64,000 nucleotides of DNA, from positions 1 to 64,000 of the forward strand of contig JANLPS010000489.1 in the NCBI GenBank assembly GCA_031367385.1. The letters are read 5' to 3'. The translations under genes and the position numbers were made by a program. Under the pieces are notes generated by a model. The model ran no database searches. It was not told where the DNA came from and saw nothing but the letters and a program-made list of their open reading frames with translations. Of this stretch, positions 23,558 to 33,523 are shown piece after piece (position 1 is the stretch's first letter; each line of letters starts with the position of its first letter). Origin of the DNA: Archangium sp. (lineage in GTDB: Bacteria > Myxococcota > Myxococcia > Myxococcales > Myxococcaceae).

Positions 23558-26086
23558 TCAGGCCACCACGGCCTTGGCCGCCCGGTGTTGGTCGATGAGC
23601 AACAGCACCGCCGGCAACACCAACACGCTCGCCAGCAAGCAGCACACCTCGCCGATGAACGCCGCGATGCCGAGGCTGCGCACGCCGAAGTTCGCCGAGC
23701 GCACCAACGCCAGGTACCCGAGGGTGGTGGTCATGCTGCAGAGAATCACCGCACCGCCGGTCTCTCGTATCGCCACCAACGCGCTGCCGCGACCCTCGCG
23801 GGCGTAGCGCTGCACCACGTTGACCGAGTAATCGACGCCGATGCCGAAGGTGATTGGCAACGCGACGAAGTTCAAGAAGTTGAGCTTCACCTTGAAGATC
23901 ACCAGCAACGCCAACATCCACGCGATGCCGACCAGCAAGGCACCCAGCACGGCGATGGTCGCGCGCCCGGTTCGAAAGGCGATGATCACCACCAGCACGG
24001 TGGCTCCGAACGAGAGCCAGACGGCCTTGGGCACGTCTTCAACGACCGACGCCCACATGTCGGCGTAAATCACCGCGCGGCCTGAGCCGAGAATGGTTTC
24101 TCCATCGGGTAACTTGGTCGAGCGGTACGAGTCGGCCCAGCGAAACAAGTAGTGCGCGTCGTCGACCAACGCGACCGAGGTCGGGCTGATGTAGACGATG
24201 CGGCCGCGCTTGCCGTCGGTCTCGGTGAAGGCGCGAGCGATGGCCTCAGGCAGGTCGTACATGCCGAAGGGCTTCAAGTCTTCGGGCGGCAGCACCGCCG
24301 AGATCTTCGCCCAGTCTTCATCGGTCACCACACCCGCCGCGCGCGCCCGCATCAGCCGCTGCCGAATGCGCAGGAGCAGAGGAATCTTGGCCTCCTGATC
24401 AGGCGGTACGAAGTCTTGCAACGCGTGCAGCTTCTTGAACGGCTTCAAGTCGTCGGCCGCCACTTTTTGCCGGGCGTAGAGCTCAGCCTCGAGCTCGGGC
24501 ACCTGCTTCGGGTCATTGACCAGAATCGCCATGCCCGAGGCGCCCACGTGGCCGGTGACCACGTTGCCCAGGTTGTCGAGCCGCATCTCATTGGCCCGCG
24601 ACGAAGCATCGGTGCGCAGGTTTCGCAGGTCGTACTCGAGCGGGTCTGACTTCACCCAATAGACGCCCGCCGCCGCGCCAACCAAGGCCAGCACGAGACC
24701 GATGCCTGCAACCGCCCGGGGGAAGTTGGAGACCAGGTAGACGAAGGGCGCTCCGAAGTTGCCGTTGCCGGTCTTCGCTCGCAGCTTGGCCAGCGGCCCG
24801 CCGACGTCTCTCTCGAGCGGCCAGATCTTCTCGGTCACCGCGAGCATCGACGGCAAGATCCAATACGTGGCGACCCAGCAGAGCAAGATGCCGACCCCGC
24901 CGATGATGCCGAAGTCGTGAAAGCCTCTGAAGTCAGTCGCGCCGAGCGAGCCATACGAGGCGCCTGCCGCGGCGCCGGCGGTGAGGGTGGGCACCCAGGT
25001 CTCTTTGAGCGCGACGTTGATCGACGGCTCGACGGTCATCGTGCGGCGTGCCTCGAGGTAGCGGGCCATGTAGATGATCGCGAAGTTGATGCCGTTGCCG
25101 CCGATGATGGTGAACAAGAACCCGGTCGCGATGTTGAGCCGGCCGATGGTCAGCTCGGTCATGCCGAAGGTCCATGAGACTCCGACGCCGATGGTCAACA
25201 GCAGCAGCAAGACCATGCGGCCGCGGAGGTAATAGAGCAGCACCACGCCGCTGATCATCAACGCGCCGATGATACCGACGTCGGTCAGGTCGCGGTTGAT
25301 CGCCTCGAACTCGGTGACGCTGGTCTCGAGGTCGCCGGCGTAGCCGATGGTGATGGTGGGGTCCCACTTCTTGGGGTCGACGCGATCGACGACCGCGCGA
25401 ATTCGGCGCAGGGCCTCGCTGCCGTTGTCGAAGTCTCCGTTGGCCAGCTTCGAGCGCACCAAGACGATCAACGAGTGGCCGTCTTGCGACTGGTAGTACC
25501 CGTCGGGGTAGCGCTCGGGGTCTGCGCCCTCGATGCGCAGCGACTCACGCAAGGTCGAGAAGTCGATCGTCGCGGGCACCACGCCGCCGTCGGCCCCCAC
25601 GCCTCCATCAGTGGCCTCGGCTTCATCGAGGTCGACGAACAGGCCGCTGGCCGCTCCGACCGCCTTGGCGTAGCGGGCTTCGACGTCGTCTTTGAGCGAC
25701 TGCAGCTTCTCGGTGCTCAAGAACAACCCAGCCCGCGGGCTCAAGAACTTGATGCCTTCGTGCACGCCGGTCTCGGCATGAGCGACCCACGGAGGCCCGA
25801 TCTTCTCGAGCTCAGGCACCAGCGCATCACCCGCCGCCCGCAGCGCCGCGACCGGCGTGCGGTCATTGCCTTCGAGCACCACGAACACGGTGGTCACGCC
25901 ATTGGTCAACGCGGTGACCCGCTTGAGCTCTTGAACGCTCGCCTTCGACTCGGGGAGCAGCGATTCGAAGCCAGTCTGCAACCGCAACCGCAGCGCAAAT
26001 ACCGTTGAAATCGCGGTGAGCATCAGGGCCGTGACAATCAACAACCACGGTCTGCGCACCTGCAGTGAGGCCAACCAATCAGTCAT
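23558..26086 (-). CDS. MMPL/RND family transporter
   Basis: Two halves, each with a large soluble loop and TM helices; GNGINFAII, GIGVDYSV, MTTTLGYLAL. Confidence 0.9.
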   Translation of the reverse strand: MTDWLASLQVRRPWLLIVTALMLTAISTVFALRLRLQTGFESLLPESKASVQELKRVTALTNGVTTVFVVLEGNDRTPVAALRAAGDALVPELEKIGPPWVAHAETGVHEGIKFLSPRAGLFLSTEKLQSLKDDVEARYAKAVGAASGLFVDLDEAEATDGGVGADGGVVPATIDFSTLRESLRIEGADPERYPDGYYQSQDGHSLIVLVRSKLANGDFDNGSEALRRIRAVVDRVDPKKWDPTITIGYAGDLETSVTEFEAINRDLTDVGIIGALMISGVVLLYYLRGRMVLLLLLTIGVGVSWTFGMTELTIGRLNIATGFLFTIIGGNGINFAIIYMARYLEARRTMTVEPSINVALKETWVPTLTAGAAAGASYGSLGATDFRGFHDFGIIGGVGILLCWVATYWILPSMLAVTEKIWPLERDVGGPLAKLRAKTGNGNFGAPFVYLVSNFPRAVAGIGLVLALVGAAAGVYWVKSDPLEYDLRNLRTDASSRANEMRLDNLGNVVTGHVGASGMAILVNDPKQVPELEAELYARQKVAADDLKPFKKLHALQDFVPPDQEAKIPLLLRIRQRLMRARAAGVVTDEDWAKISAVLPPEDLKPFGMYDLPEAIARAFTETDGKRGRIVYISPTSVALVDDAHYLFRWADSYRSTKLPDGETILGSGRAVIYADMWASVVEDVPKAVWLSFGATVLVVIIAFRTGRATIAVLGALLVGIAWMLALLVIFKVKLNFLNFVALPITFGIGVDYSVNVVQRYAREGRGSALVAIRETGGAVILCSMTTTLGYLALVRSANFGVRSLGIAAFIGEVCCLLASVLVLPAVLLLIDQHRAAKAVVA

Positions 26087-26147
26087 CGCGCCTGTCTACA
26101 CTGCCCGCCCACCCAGAGCACCAAGCCCGTGCCGCCCCTGCAAAGAC

Positions 26148-27644
26148 CTACCGCGACAGCGAGGTCTGGAGCTTCCACGGCTGCTGCGCGGTGTCGACGA
26201 AGTAGAGCGCCTTTCGGTTGATGGCGTTGGGGTCGAGGCTGGTGCCGGCCGCGATGATCGCGAAGCCTCCGGCCACGTGGTCTGCGGAGGCCGCGGGGGT
26301 CAACCCGGGCGGGTTGTCCCAGATGAAGCGACGGGGGGCGATGCCGGCCTCTTCGACGGTGAAGAGCAGGCTCGTGCCACCCGAGACCGCTTTCGGCGGG
26401 TAGAGCAGGCGGCCGGCGCGGGCGTACCCCGAGGCCGCGCCGATGGCGCCCAGGCTCGCTGCGGTGACCGAGGCCGCTCCCATGGTGCAGATGTCGTCAT
26501 TGGGGAGCACCGAGACGCAGGCCCGGGTGTCGACCAACGCGGTGGCGCCCAGCACGATGGGCTTTCGCACCATCGCGTCGAAGGGCGCCGGGTCGGCCTT
26601 GAGCACCGACACCGAGCTGGGCGAGTTCTCTGAGATCACCAGCAAGGTGTCTTCGTTGTTGGCGAAATCGCACAGATAGGGCGGCTTGCACGGCCCCGTC
26701 AGCACCGTACCCACGGGGAACATCTGGGTCGCGCCATCGACGATGATGCGCACCATGTTCGGAGCGGCGACCACCTGGGTCGCCTTCGCCACCAGGTTCG
26801 ACTTGGCCCGCACCATCGTGCCGGGCATCACGTTCTCGGCGAGCAGAATGCCGTTGAGGTCGAGGCTGGCCGGGCGCGCGCCGAGGTAGGCGTTGATGAC
26901 GTAGAGCCGGCGGGTGGGGCTGCTGACCTGCACGTCGGTGGCGCCGACCCAGGCCACCTGGAGCTGATTATCTTGGCCGTGAATGAAGTAGGGGGTGGCT
27001 GTGGCGCTGACCTCGACGGGCCTCGCGAAGTACTGATCAGCGGTGTTGTCGCAGGCGGTGTCGGTCTCGCCGCGGAGGCTTATTTTGGCAGCGGTGACGG
27101 TCGACGCCGAGACGTCAGCGGCGCAGTCGCCGTCGATGTCGACTCCGCCTTCGATGACCACGTTCGCGAGGCTCGCACGCACCATCTCGCCGAAGCTCGT
27201 CTTCGGGGTCTGCCGCTCGATGCTCACGTTGGTCGAGATTCGGTTGGTGATGGTCGCGTCGCGCTCTTTGAGCACGAGGGTCGTCGCGGGGTCTTCGTTG
27301 ACGTCGAAGTCGAAGGGCAGGGTGACCGGCACTGGGCCGCCGTCGGGCAGCACGTTGCGCGCTTCGATGGTGCCGCGCTGCTTGATCAACGTCACGTGCC
27401 CGGTCTTGAACAGCGAGGCCAGCGGCTGCACGCGGTCACCGCCGTCGATGCCGTCGAGGTGAACGGTCACTGCTTCGCGGCCCAGGTTCACGAAGCGAAA
27501 CTGCAGGGTGCTGGTCACAGAGGCTTGGCCCCCATCACCGCTCTGCGAACCGCCATCGAGCACGCCGCATTCGCCACCGTCGGTGCGGACCGGACAACCG
27601 AGCAGACCCAAGCCGAGCACGAAGACCGCAGTGAGTTTTTTCAT
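26148..27644 (-). CDS. Lipoprotein with DUF4397-like beta-sandwich repeats
   Basis: Lipobox LLGC; LQFRFVNL..EAVTVHLDG and LYVINAY....SLDLNGILLAENV are DUF4397-like strand patterns. Confidence 0.6.
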   Translation of the reverse strand: MKKLTAVFVLGLGLLGCPVRTDGGECGVLDGGSQSGDGGQASVTSTLQFRFVNLGREAVTVHLDGIDGGDRVQPLASLFKTGHVTLIKQRGTIEARNVLPDGGPVPVTLPFDFDVNEDPATTLVLKERDATITNRISTNVSIERQTPKTSFGEMVRASLANVVIEGGVDIDGDCAADVSASTVTAAKISLRGETDTACDNTADQYFARPVEVSATATPYFIHGQDNQLQVAWVGATDVQVSSPTRRLYVINAYLGARPASLDLNGILLAENVMPGTMVRAKSNLVAKATQVVAAPNMVRIIVDGATQMFPVGTVLTGPCKPPYLCDFANNEDTLLVISENSPSSVSVLKADPAPFDAMVRKPIVLGATALVDTRACVSVLPNDDICTMGAASVTAASLGAIGAASGYARAGRLLYPPKAVSGGTSLLFTVEEAGIAPRRFIWDNPPGLTPAASADHVAGGFAIIAAGTSLDPNAINRKALYFVDTAQQPWKLQTSLSR

Positions 27645-27712
27645 GTGAATGACGGCGCGCCTAGCAGCAACCCGGGTGCAACGCGACGGGCTTCGCTAGG
27701 GTCGCTGTGGCC

Positions 27713-28609
27713 ATGAATTACCAGCAGGTGCTCGAAGACATCGCCGAAGAGGTTAAACCGCTGCTCACACAGGGCACGGTGGTCGACTACGTGCCTGGCC
27801 TGGCTCGGGTGCCGCGTGAGCAGTTCGGCATGTCGCTGCGCACCGTCGATGGTGCGGTGCACTCGGTGGGTTCGGCCACCCAGCGCTTCTCGATTCAGAG
27901 CATCGCCAAGCTTTTTCCCCTCACGGTGGCGATGAAGCTTCAGGGCGACGAGGTCTGGCGCCGGGTGGGCCGCGAACCCTCGGGCAACGCGTTCAACTCG
28001 CTCATTCAGCTCGAGCTCGAGAAGGGCATACCCCGCAACCCCTTCATCAATGCAGGCGCGCTGGTGACGCTCGACGTGACCCTCTCGAATGCGAAGGGCA
28101 TCGTCGAGTTCATCGAAGCGGCGCTCGGCGCGAAGGTGACCCATGACCCCGAGGTCGCCCAGGGAGAACGCGAGACCGGTCACCGCAACCGGGCCCTGGC
28201 GCATTTTCTGAAGTCATTCGGCAACTTGCACAACGAGGCCGACGCGGTGCTCGACGCGTACTTCGAGCTGTGCTCGGTGACGATGAGCTGTGAAGAGCTG
28301 GCCCGCGCATGCACCTACCTGGCGAATGGCGGCACGGGGTTCGATGGGCAGGTGCTCGCGACGGCGCGGCAGGCCAAGCGCATCAACGCGGTGATGCTGA
28401 CGTGTGGGGTCTATGACGAGGCGGGCGACTACGCGTACCGGGTCGGGCTGCCCGCGAAGAGCGGCGTCGGAGGCGGCGTGGTGGCCGTGCTCCCCGGGCA
28501 GTACACGGTCGCGGTGTGGTCGCCCGGGCTCGATGCCCGCGGCAACTCACTTGCTGGCACGATGGCCTTGGAGCTGCTCACCACCAAGACCAGCATGTCG
28601 GTCTTCTAG
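27713..28609 (+). CDS. glsA: Glutaminase
   Basis: FSIQSIAK, VGREPSGNAFNS, PRNPFINAGA, TCGVYD, PAKSGVGGG. Confidence 0.95.
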   Translation: MNYQQVLEDIAEEVKPLLTQGTVVDYVPGLARVPREQFGMSLRTVDGAVHSVGSATQRFSIQSIAKLFPLTVAMKLQGDEVWRRVGREPSGNAFNSLIQLELEKGIPRNPFINAGALVTLDVTLSNAKGIVEFIEAALGAKVTHDPEVAQGERETGHRNRALAHFLKSFGNLHNEADAVLDAYFELCSVTMSCEELARACTYLANGGTGFDGQVLATARQAKRINAVMLTCGVYDEAGDYAYRVGLPAKSGVGGGVVAVLPGQYTVAVWSPGLDARGNSLAGTMALELLTTKTSMSVF

Positions 28610-30735
28610 CGCGCCGAGCGCCGCCGCATCATCGCTACGAGCACGAACGCGGCCAGCCACAGGCTCACCGTCGACGCGCTGACCGTGCTGCACCCCGCGT
28701 GCACCGCGGTCGTGCTGGCGGTGTTGTTCGACGCATCGGAGTCGGGCGTGCCCGAAGTCACCGTCGCCGTCACCGTCACCTTCTTGTTGAAGCCCTTGGG
28801 CACCGAGAAGGTGGTGTTCAAGGTCAGCGGCGCGTCTTTGGCGAGCTCAGAATAGCCACACGGGCTCGGCTCGGCGCAGTCACCCGTCAGGGCCAACGCC
28901 GACCCGTCTGCAGCAACGCCTGAAATCGACACCGTCACCGGCGCCGCGATGCTCGGGCCCTGGTTGACCACGGTGGTGACGAACACCGCGTCGGTGCCTT
29001 CGTCGAGGCTCTTGGGCGCCACGATGCTCGCCTTGACGTCGCCGCCCGAGGCCACTTCTTGCGAGGCGGTGTAGGTCAGGCTGTCTTCGGCGCTCGCGCT
29101 CGAAGGAGTGAGCTTGGCGGTGACCGCGAAGTCACCGGTCGCGCCAGCGGCGGTCTTGACGTTGACCATCACCAACTCGGTTGCACCCGACCGCATCTCT
29201 CCGAGGCTGCACGGTACGGTCTGGCACGCGCCTTCGTACGAGAGCACCGTGCCAGGCCCCGTTACCTCGAGAGTCACCGCGCCGATGTCGGTCGCCCGGC
29301 GGTTGATCACCACCACCAGGTAGCGGTTTTCACTGCCACCGATGATCGGCCCATCGAGCGCCTTGACCACCGACACCGTCAGCCCGTTGATCACCGACCA
29401 GCCCATATCGGCCATGGCCGAAGCGGTGAGGTCTAAGTTGAGGGGGGTCGAGGGCTCGCTGGCCGGCTGCATCAACAGCGCGCGCGGGTAGGAGCCCGTG
29501 TTGAAGTGGCTGATCGACGAGCCGGGCTCGATCGCGGTCGGGGTGTAGAGGTACGCGCCGGTGGGGTTCGCGTTCGAGCGGGTAGAGCCTGGCACCCAGC
29601 TCACCGACGCGGGCCCCTTGGTCAGCTGCAGGTCGATGAGGTCGCCCACGGCCTGGGTCACCATCACCGCGGGAAAATGTCGCTGCGGCTTGGCAGGAGC
29701 CATTTGAATCAGGCCGTCGACGTTGTTCGCGACCAGCAAGCCGATCGCTCCGGCGTCAGCGGCGCGGTTGGCCTTCTCGGCAAAGGTGCAGGTGCCGCGG
29801 CGAATCAACGCCACCTTGCCTGTCATCGGCCCTTGCGTCAGCTCGGCGCAGCCATCGGCCGGGGTCGAGGCCACGATGACTCCGCCGCCCTCGAGCGTGC
29901 CCGAGAACGCGCCGGGGACATAGTCGATCAACCCCGCGTCGGCGTTGCCCAGCGAGAGCTGCAGTGACGGTGAGAAACCCAAAAACCGGGGGATGTCGCG
30001 CTTGGTGTTTTCGCCGCTGAGGACCAGGGCGCCAGGCGTAATCGCCAGCGTCTGCCGCGAGGCCGAGCCGCTGCTGACCCAGGTCTGCGGGGTGGTGCCG
30101 GTGACGTCGAAGGCCTGGTAGTCGAATGCGGCGACGCCATCGCTGAAGATGCCGGTCTCGGTCGTGATGCCCGAGGCGAACCCCAGGCCGTGCCCGAACT
30201 CGTGCAAAATCGTGCTCAGCAGCGTGGTGCCGTCTTCATCGAGGCTGAAGTCCCACGCTGAGAAGCCGGGGCAGCGGGCCGTGCCGAGCTCGGCGTTGAA
30301 GCGCGTCAGAATCGCGGCCTGCGAGCCGGTCAGCACTCGGCCGGCCAAGGCGTTGGCCAGGGCGAACGGGTATTGGGCCTTCTGGTTGGGGAAGCTGGGG
30401 TCTCCGCCGATTTGACCGAGCTTGCGAGCGAAGCCCAAGACCACCCGGTTGGGGTCGCTGCAGGCGAAGGTCGCGTCTTCGCCAGCGCTCATGAAGGCCG
30501 CGTCGATGATGATCGGCGGCACGCTGCGCAGGGTGGCGCCCCAGATGGCGCCGGCCGCACGAAAGGCGATCTGCGCCTGGCCGCCGCGGGTGGTCGCGAA
30601 GTTGAGCCCGGCGGGAGCGACAGGCGTCGGGTCGTTGAAGCCCTTGCCGGGCCGGTTGTTGTTTTTGATGACGAATTCAGCGGCACTCGCCTGCGTGGCG
30701 GCGAGCGTGGCGAGGGTCAGCAGCAGGCGCTTCAT
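28606..30735 (-). CDS. Secreted zinc metallopeptidase with PA domain, DUF11-like repeats and MYXO-CTERM-like tail
   Basis: Signal peptide; HEFGHGLGF; GKVALIRRGTCTFAEKA (PA); GSSISHF; DSDASNNTAS; C-terminal GCS-TM-RRR. Confidence 0.85.
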   Translation of the reverse strand: MKRLLLTLATLAATQASAAEFVIKNNNRPGKGFNDPTPVAPAGLNFATTRGGQAQIAFRAAGAIWGATLRSVPPIIIDAAFMSAGEDATFACSDPNRVVLGFARKLGQIGGDPSFPNQKAQYPFALANALAGRVLTGSQAAILTRFNAELGTARCPGFSAWDFSLDEDGTTLLSTILHEFGHGLGFASGITTETGIFSDGVAAFDYQAFDVTGTTPQTWVSSGSASRQTLAITPGALVLSGENTKRDIPRFLGFSPSLQLSLGNADAGLIDYVPGAFSGTLEGGGVIVASTPADGCAELTQGPMTGKVALIRRGTCTFAEKANRAADAGAIGLLVANNVDGLIQMAPAKPQRHFPAVMVTQAVGDLIDLQLTKGPASVSWVPGSTRSNANPTGAYLYTPTAIEPGSSISHFNTGSYPRALLMQPASEPSTPLNLDLTASAMADMGWSVINGLTVSVVKALDGPIIGGSENRYLVVVINRRATDIGAVTLEVTGPGTVLSYEGACQTVPCSLGEMRSGATELVMVNVKTAAGATGDFAVTAKLTPSSASAEDSLTYTASQEVASGGDVKASIVAPKSLDEGTDAVFVTTVVNQGPSIAAPVTVSISGVAADGSALALTGDCAEPSPCGYSELAKDAPLTLNTTFSVPKGFNKKVTVTATVTSGTPDSDASNNTASTTAVHAGCSTVSASTVSLWLAAFVLVAMMRRRSAR

Positions 30736-31082
30736 TGGTTGGCCGCCTTCTTGGCGACGGGCGCGGCGTTCAAGAAAGCCTCGGCCTCGGTGCTCGAGCT
30801 GATGCAGCGCGTGCTCACCGTGCCGTCGCTGTTCTTGCGCGCGAGCAGCACCTCGGCGTTGCCTTCGCGAACGGTGGTGATGGTGGCCCCCGAGGGCGTG
30901 GTCGAGCGCTCGACGGTGCCTTCGCCGCGAGCGGTCAGCGCGCGAACCGACTGCTCGACGGTGGGTTGGGCGCTGAGCGCCTGGGTGTCTTTCGCGACCG
31001 GAGCGTCACCTTCAGAAACGCACGATGAAGCGAAGATCAGCAGCGCGAGCGGCGCGCAACGAAACACGATGGGAGTCGGCAT
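30732..31082 (-). CDS. Small lipoprotein translationally coupled to the peptidase
   Basis: Lipobox FASSC; LLARKNSDGTVSTRC...AEAFL; ATGA overlap with the peptidase start. Confidence 0.75.
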   Translation of the reverse strand: MPTPIVFRCAPLALLIFASSCVSEGDAPVAKDTQALSAQPTVEQSVRALTARGEGTVERSTTPSGATITTVREGNAEVLLARKNSDGTVSTRCISSSTEAEAFLNAAPVAKKAANQ

Positions 31083-31205
31083 GGCCCCAGCGTCTACACG
31101 GCCCGTCAGAGCCCGGCAACGCCAGCGACGGTCCGGGGGTACCCATTTGGTCGGAGTTCTTCTATGACGCGGCGACCCGTCGGTTTTTGTTTGAGAAAGC
31201 CTTTC

Positions 31206-31811
31206 ATGCTCCGTCTCGCTGCTGTGCTGGTCGCGGTCGTCTCACTCTCGGCGCAGGCCGATGACAAGAAGCCCCCCGCGGTGCGCGCCTTCGTCGGCGT
31301 CTCTGGAGGGCTCGGCGCGGTGACCTCGCGCCACCCGCTGCTCAATGGGTTGTTCGCCGCGCCTGCCTTCGGCCTCAATGTCGGAGTCGAAGTTCGCAAG
31401 ATGTTCATCTTCAGCGCCGAGGTTGGCTCGGTCTCGAAGTTCGTCTCGAAGACCAAAGACGGCAGGGGCGTCTACGAGGCGACCTCGGGCGCCGCCTGCA
31501 CCGATTGCGCGAGCAGCGTCGGTGGCGAAGTGGGCGCAGGCACCGTGACCTGGCCCACCATCGGCCCTCGCATCGACTTCGCACCGCTCGGGCAGACCAG
31601 CCCCTACCTCAGCGTGTCGGGCGGCTTCGTCTTCGTGCAGGGCGCGCTGCCCACGCAGTCGGGCGGCTACGTGGCCGGGCGGGTCGGGTTTCGATACGCC
31701 ATCGCCGAGCACGTCGAGGCCGATGCCGAGGCCGGGTACCAGGCTGAGTGGTTCGCGACCGCGACGCTGAAGAACGTGTTCGGCAACCTGATGATTCGGG
31801 CCTACTTCTAA
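31206..31811 (+). CDS. Outer-membrane beta-barrel protein (OmpA/OmpW-like)
   Basis: Signal peptide ending AQA, alternating amphipathic strands, SPYLSVSGG, C-terminal IRAYF. Confidence 0.75.
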   Translation: MLRLAAVLVAVVSLSAQADDKKPPAVRAFVGVSGGLGAVTSRHPLLNGLFAAPAFGLNVGVEVRKMFIFSAEVGSVSKFVSKTKDGRGVYEATSGAACTDCASSVGGEVGAGTVTWPTIGPRIDFAPLGQTSPYLSVSGGFVFVQGALPTQSGGYVAGRVGFRYAIAEHVEADAEAGYQAEWFATATLKNVFGNLMIRAYF

Positions 31812-32665
31812 GCAGGCAGACCCACCAACTTCGCGCTGTGGGCCCAGACCTGCTCGGCCAGCGCCTCGTCTTGCGCCAGGCGCGAGGGGTACACCGGGCG
31901 GTTTTTCTCGAGGTAGAGGCCGGTTTTGCCTTCGAGCTCGGGGCTGGTCGCGGCGTAGACCAGGGTCTGGCCGCCCTGCTCGGGGGTGATCATGAGCAGC
32001 GATTTGATCACCGCGAGCAGCGGCTTCGCCCACGCCGGAGCGCGTGACCAGATGTTGGTCGCGACCGCTCCGGGGTGTAGGCAGTTGACGGTGACGTTCT
32101 TGCCCTCGAGCCGCTTGGCGAGGGCGCGGGTGAACAGCACGTTGCCCAGCTTCGAGCGGCCGTAGGCTTTCATGATGCCGTAGTCTTTTTCGAAGCCCAC
32201 GTCGGCGAGATTCATCGTGGCGCGCTTGTGACCGATCGACGAGACGTTGACGATGCGCGACGGGGCGGCCGCGACCACCCGGTCGAGAATCAGCTCGGTG
32301 AAGAGAAAGGGCCCGAGGTGGTTGACGGCGTAGGTGGCCTCGATGCCGTCTTCGGTGAGCGTGCGCTTCTCGTAGACCAGCCCCGCGTTGTTCACCAAGA
32401 CGTCGATGCGGGCGTACTTGGCGCGAACGGCTTCGGCGAGGGCCCGAATCTGTTTCTGCGAGGCGAAGTCACACAAGAGCGACTCGGCCGAGCCGCTGCC
32501 GCCGCTGCGCCGGGTGACCTGCTCGACGGCCGCCGCGGTGCGCGCCGGGTCGCGGCCGATCATCACCACGGTGGCTCCTCGCTGGGCGAAGACGACGCAG
32601 GCCTCGAGGCCAATGCCGCTGGTCGCGCCGGTGACGAGAATGGTCTTGCCTTTGAGATCGCCCAT
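31808..32665 (-). CDS. Short-chain dehydrogenase (retinol dehydrogenase-like)
   Basis: TGATSGIG, NNAG, VNHLGPF, YGRSK, LHPGAVAT. Confidence 0.92.
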   Translation of the reverse strand: MGDLKGKTILVTGATSGIGLEACVVFAQRGATVVMIGRDPARTAAAVEQVTRRSGGSGSAESLLCDFASQKQIRALAEAVRAKYARIDVLVNNAGLVYEKRTLTEDGIEATYAVNHLGPFLFTELILDRVVAAAPSRIVNVSSIGHKRATMNLADVGFEKDYGIMKAYGRSKLGNVLFTRALAKRLEGKNVTVNCLHPGAVATNIWSRAPAWAKPLLAVIKSLLMITPEQGGQTLVYAATSPELEGKTGLYLEKNRPVYPSRLAQDEALAEQVWAHSAKLVGLPA

Positions 32666-32706
32666 GGGGGCTCTCTATTCCTTTTAGGGCTACAGTTCAG
32701 CCCGCT

Positions 32707-33513
32707 TTGAAGCTCTACGCCATCAGCGACCTGCACATCGGGCACGCCGAGAACCTGGCCTTCGTCAAGACGGTGCGAGGTCAGCCCGAAGACTGGCTCA
32801 TTCTGGCGGGAGACTTGGGCGAGCAGGTGAAGGAGCTGATCACCGTGCTCGAGCTCGTCACGCCGCGGTTCGCCAAGGTGTTCTGGGTGCCCGGCAACCA
32901 CGAGCTGTGGGCGACCCGGCACGAGGGGCCGCGCGGCGAAGCCAAGTACCAGGGGCTCGTCGAGACGTGCCGACGGTACGGCGTGGTGACGCCCGAAGAC
33001 CCGTACGTCGCGTGGCCCGAGGCAGAGGCGCTCGTCATCGCGCCGATGTTCTTGCTCTACGATTACTCGTTTCGACCGGCCTCGGTGGCGCGCGAGAACG
33101 CCATCGCCTGGGCCGCGGAGCAGCGCTCGGTGTGCTCTGACGAAGCGGTGCTCGACCCGTCTCCATACCCGAGCCGCGAGGCCTGGTGCGCGGCCCGGGT
33201 GGCTGCCACCGAGCAGCGGTTGGCCCAGCTCCCCGCTGGCACGAGCACGATTCTGGTGAATCACTTTCCGCTCCGGCAGTCGCACGCGATTCTGCCCGCG
33301 ATACCAAGGTTTGCGATGTGGTGCGGTACGGTCTTGACCGATGAGTGGCACCGCCGATTTCGCGCGAAGGTGGTGGTCTACGGCCACCTTCACCTGCCCC
33401 GAACGTTTCACGAAGACGGCGTCGCCTTCGAAGAAGTGTCGCTGGGCTACCCACGCGAGCGCGCGCGCCGGGGCCCACCGGCGATGCGATTGATTTGGCC
33501 CAGACCCGCGTGA
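32707..33513 (+). CDS. Calcineurin-like metallophosphoesterase
   Basis: SDLH, AGD, GNHE, NHFP, GHLH; TTG start. Confidence 0.9.
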   Translation: MKLYAISDLHIGHAENLAFVKTVRGQPEDWLILAGDLGEQVKELITVLELVTPRFAKVFWVPGNHELWATRHEGPRGEAKYQGLVETCRRYGVVTPEDPYVAWPEAEALVIAPMFLLYDYSFRPASVARENAIAWAAEQRSVCSDEAVLDPSPYPSREAWCAARVAATEQRLAQLPAGTSTILVNHFPLRQSHAILPAIPRFAMWCGTVLTDEWHRRFRAKVVVYGHLHLPRTFHEDGVAFEEVSLGYPRERARRGPPAMRLIWPRPA

Positions 33514-33523
33514 GGAGAACGCG

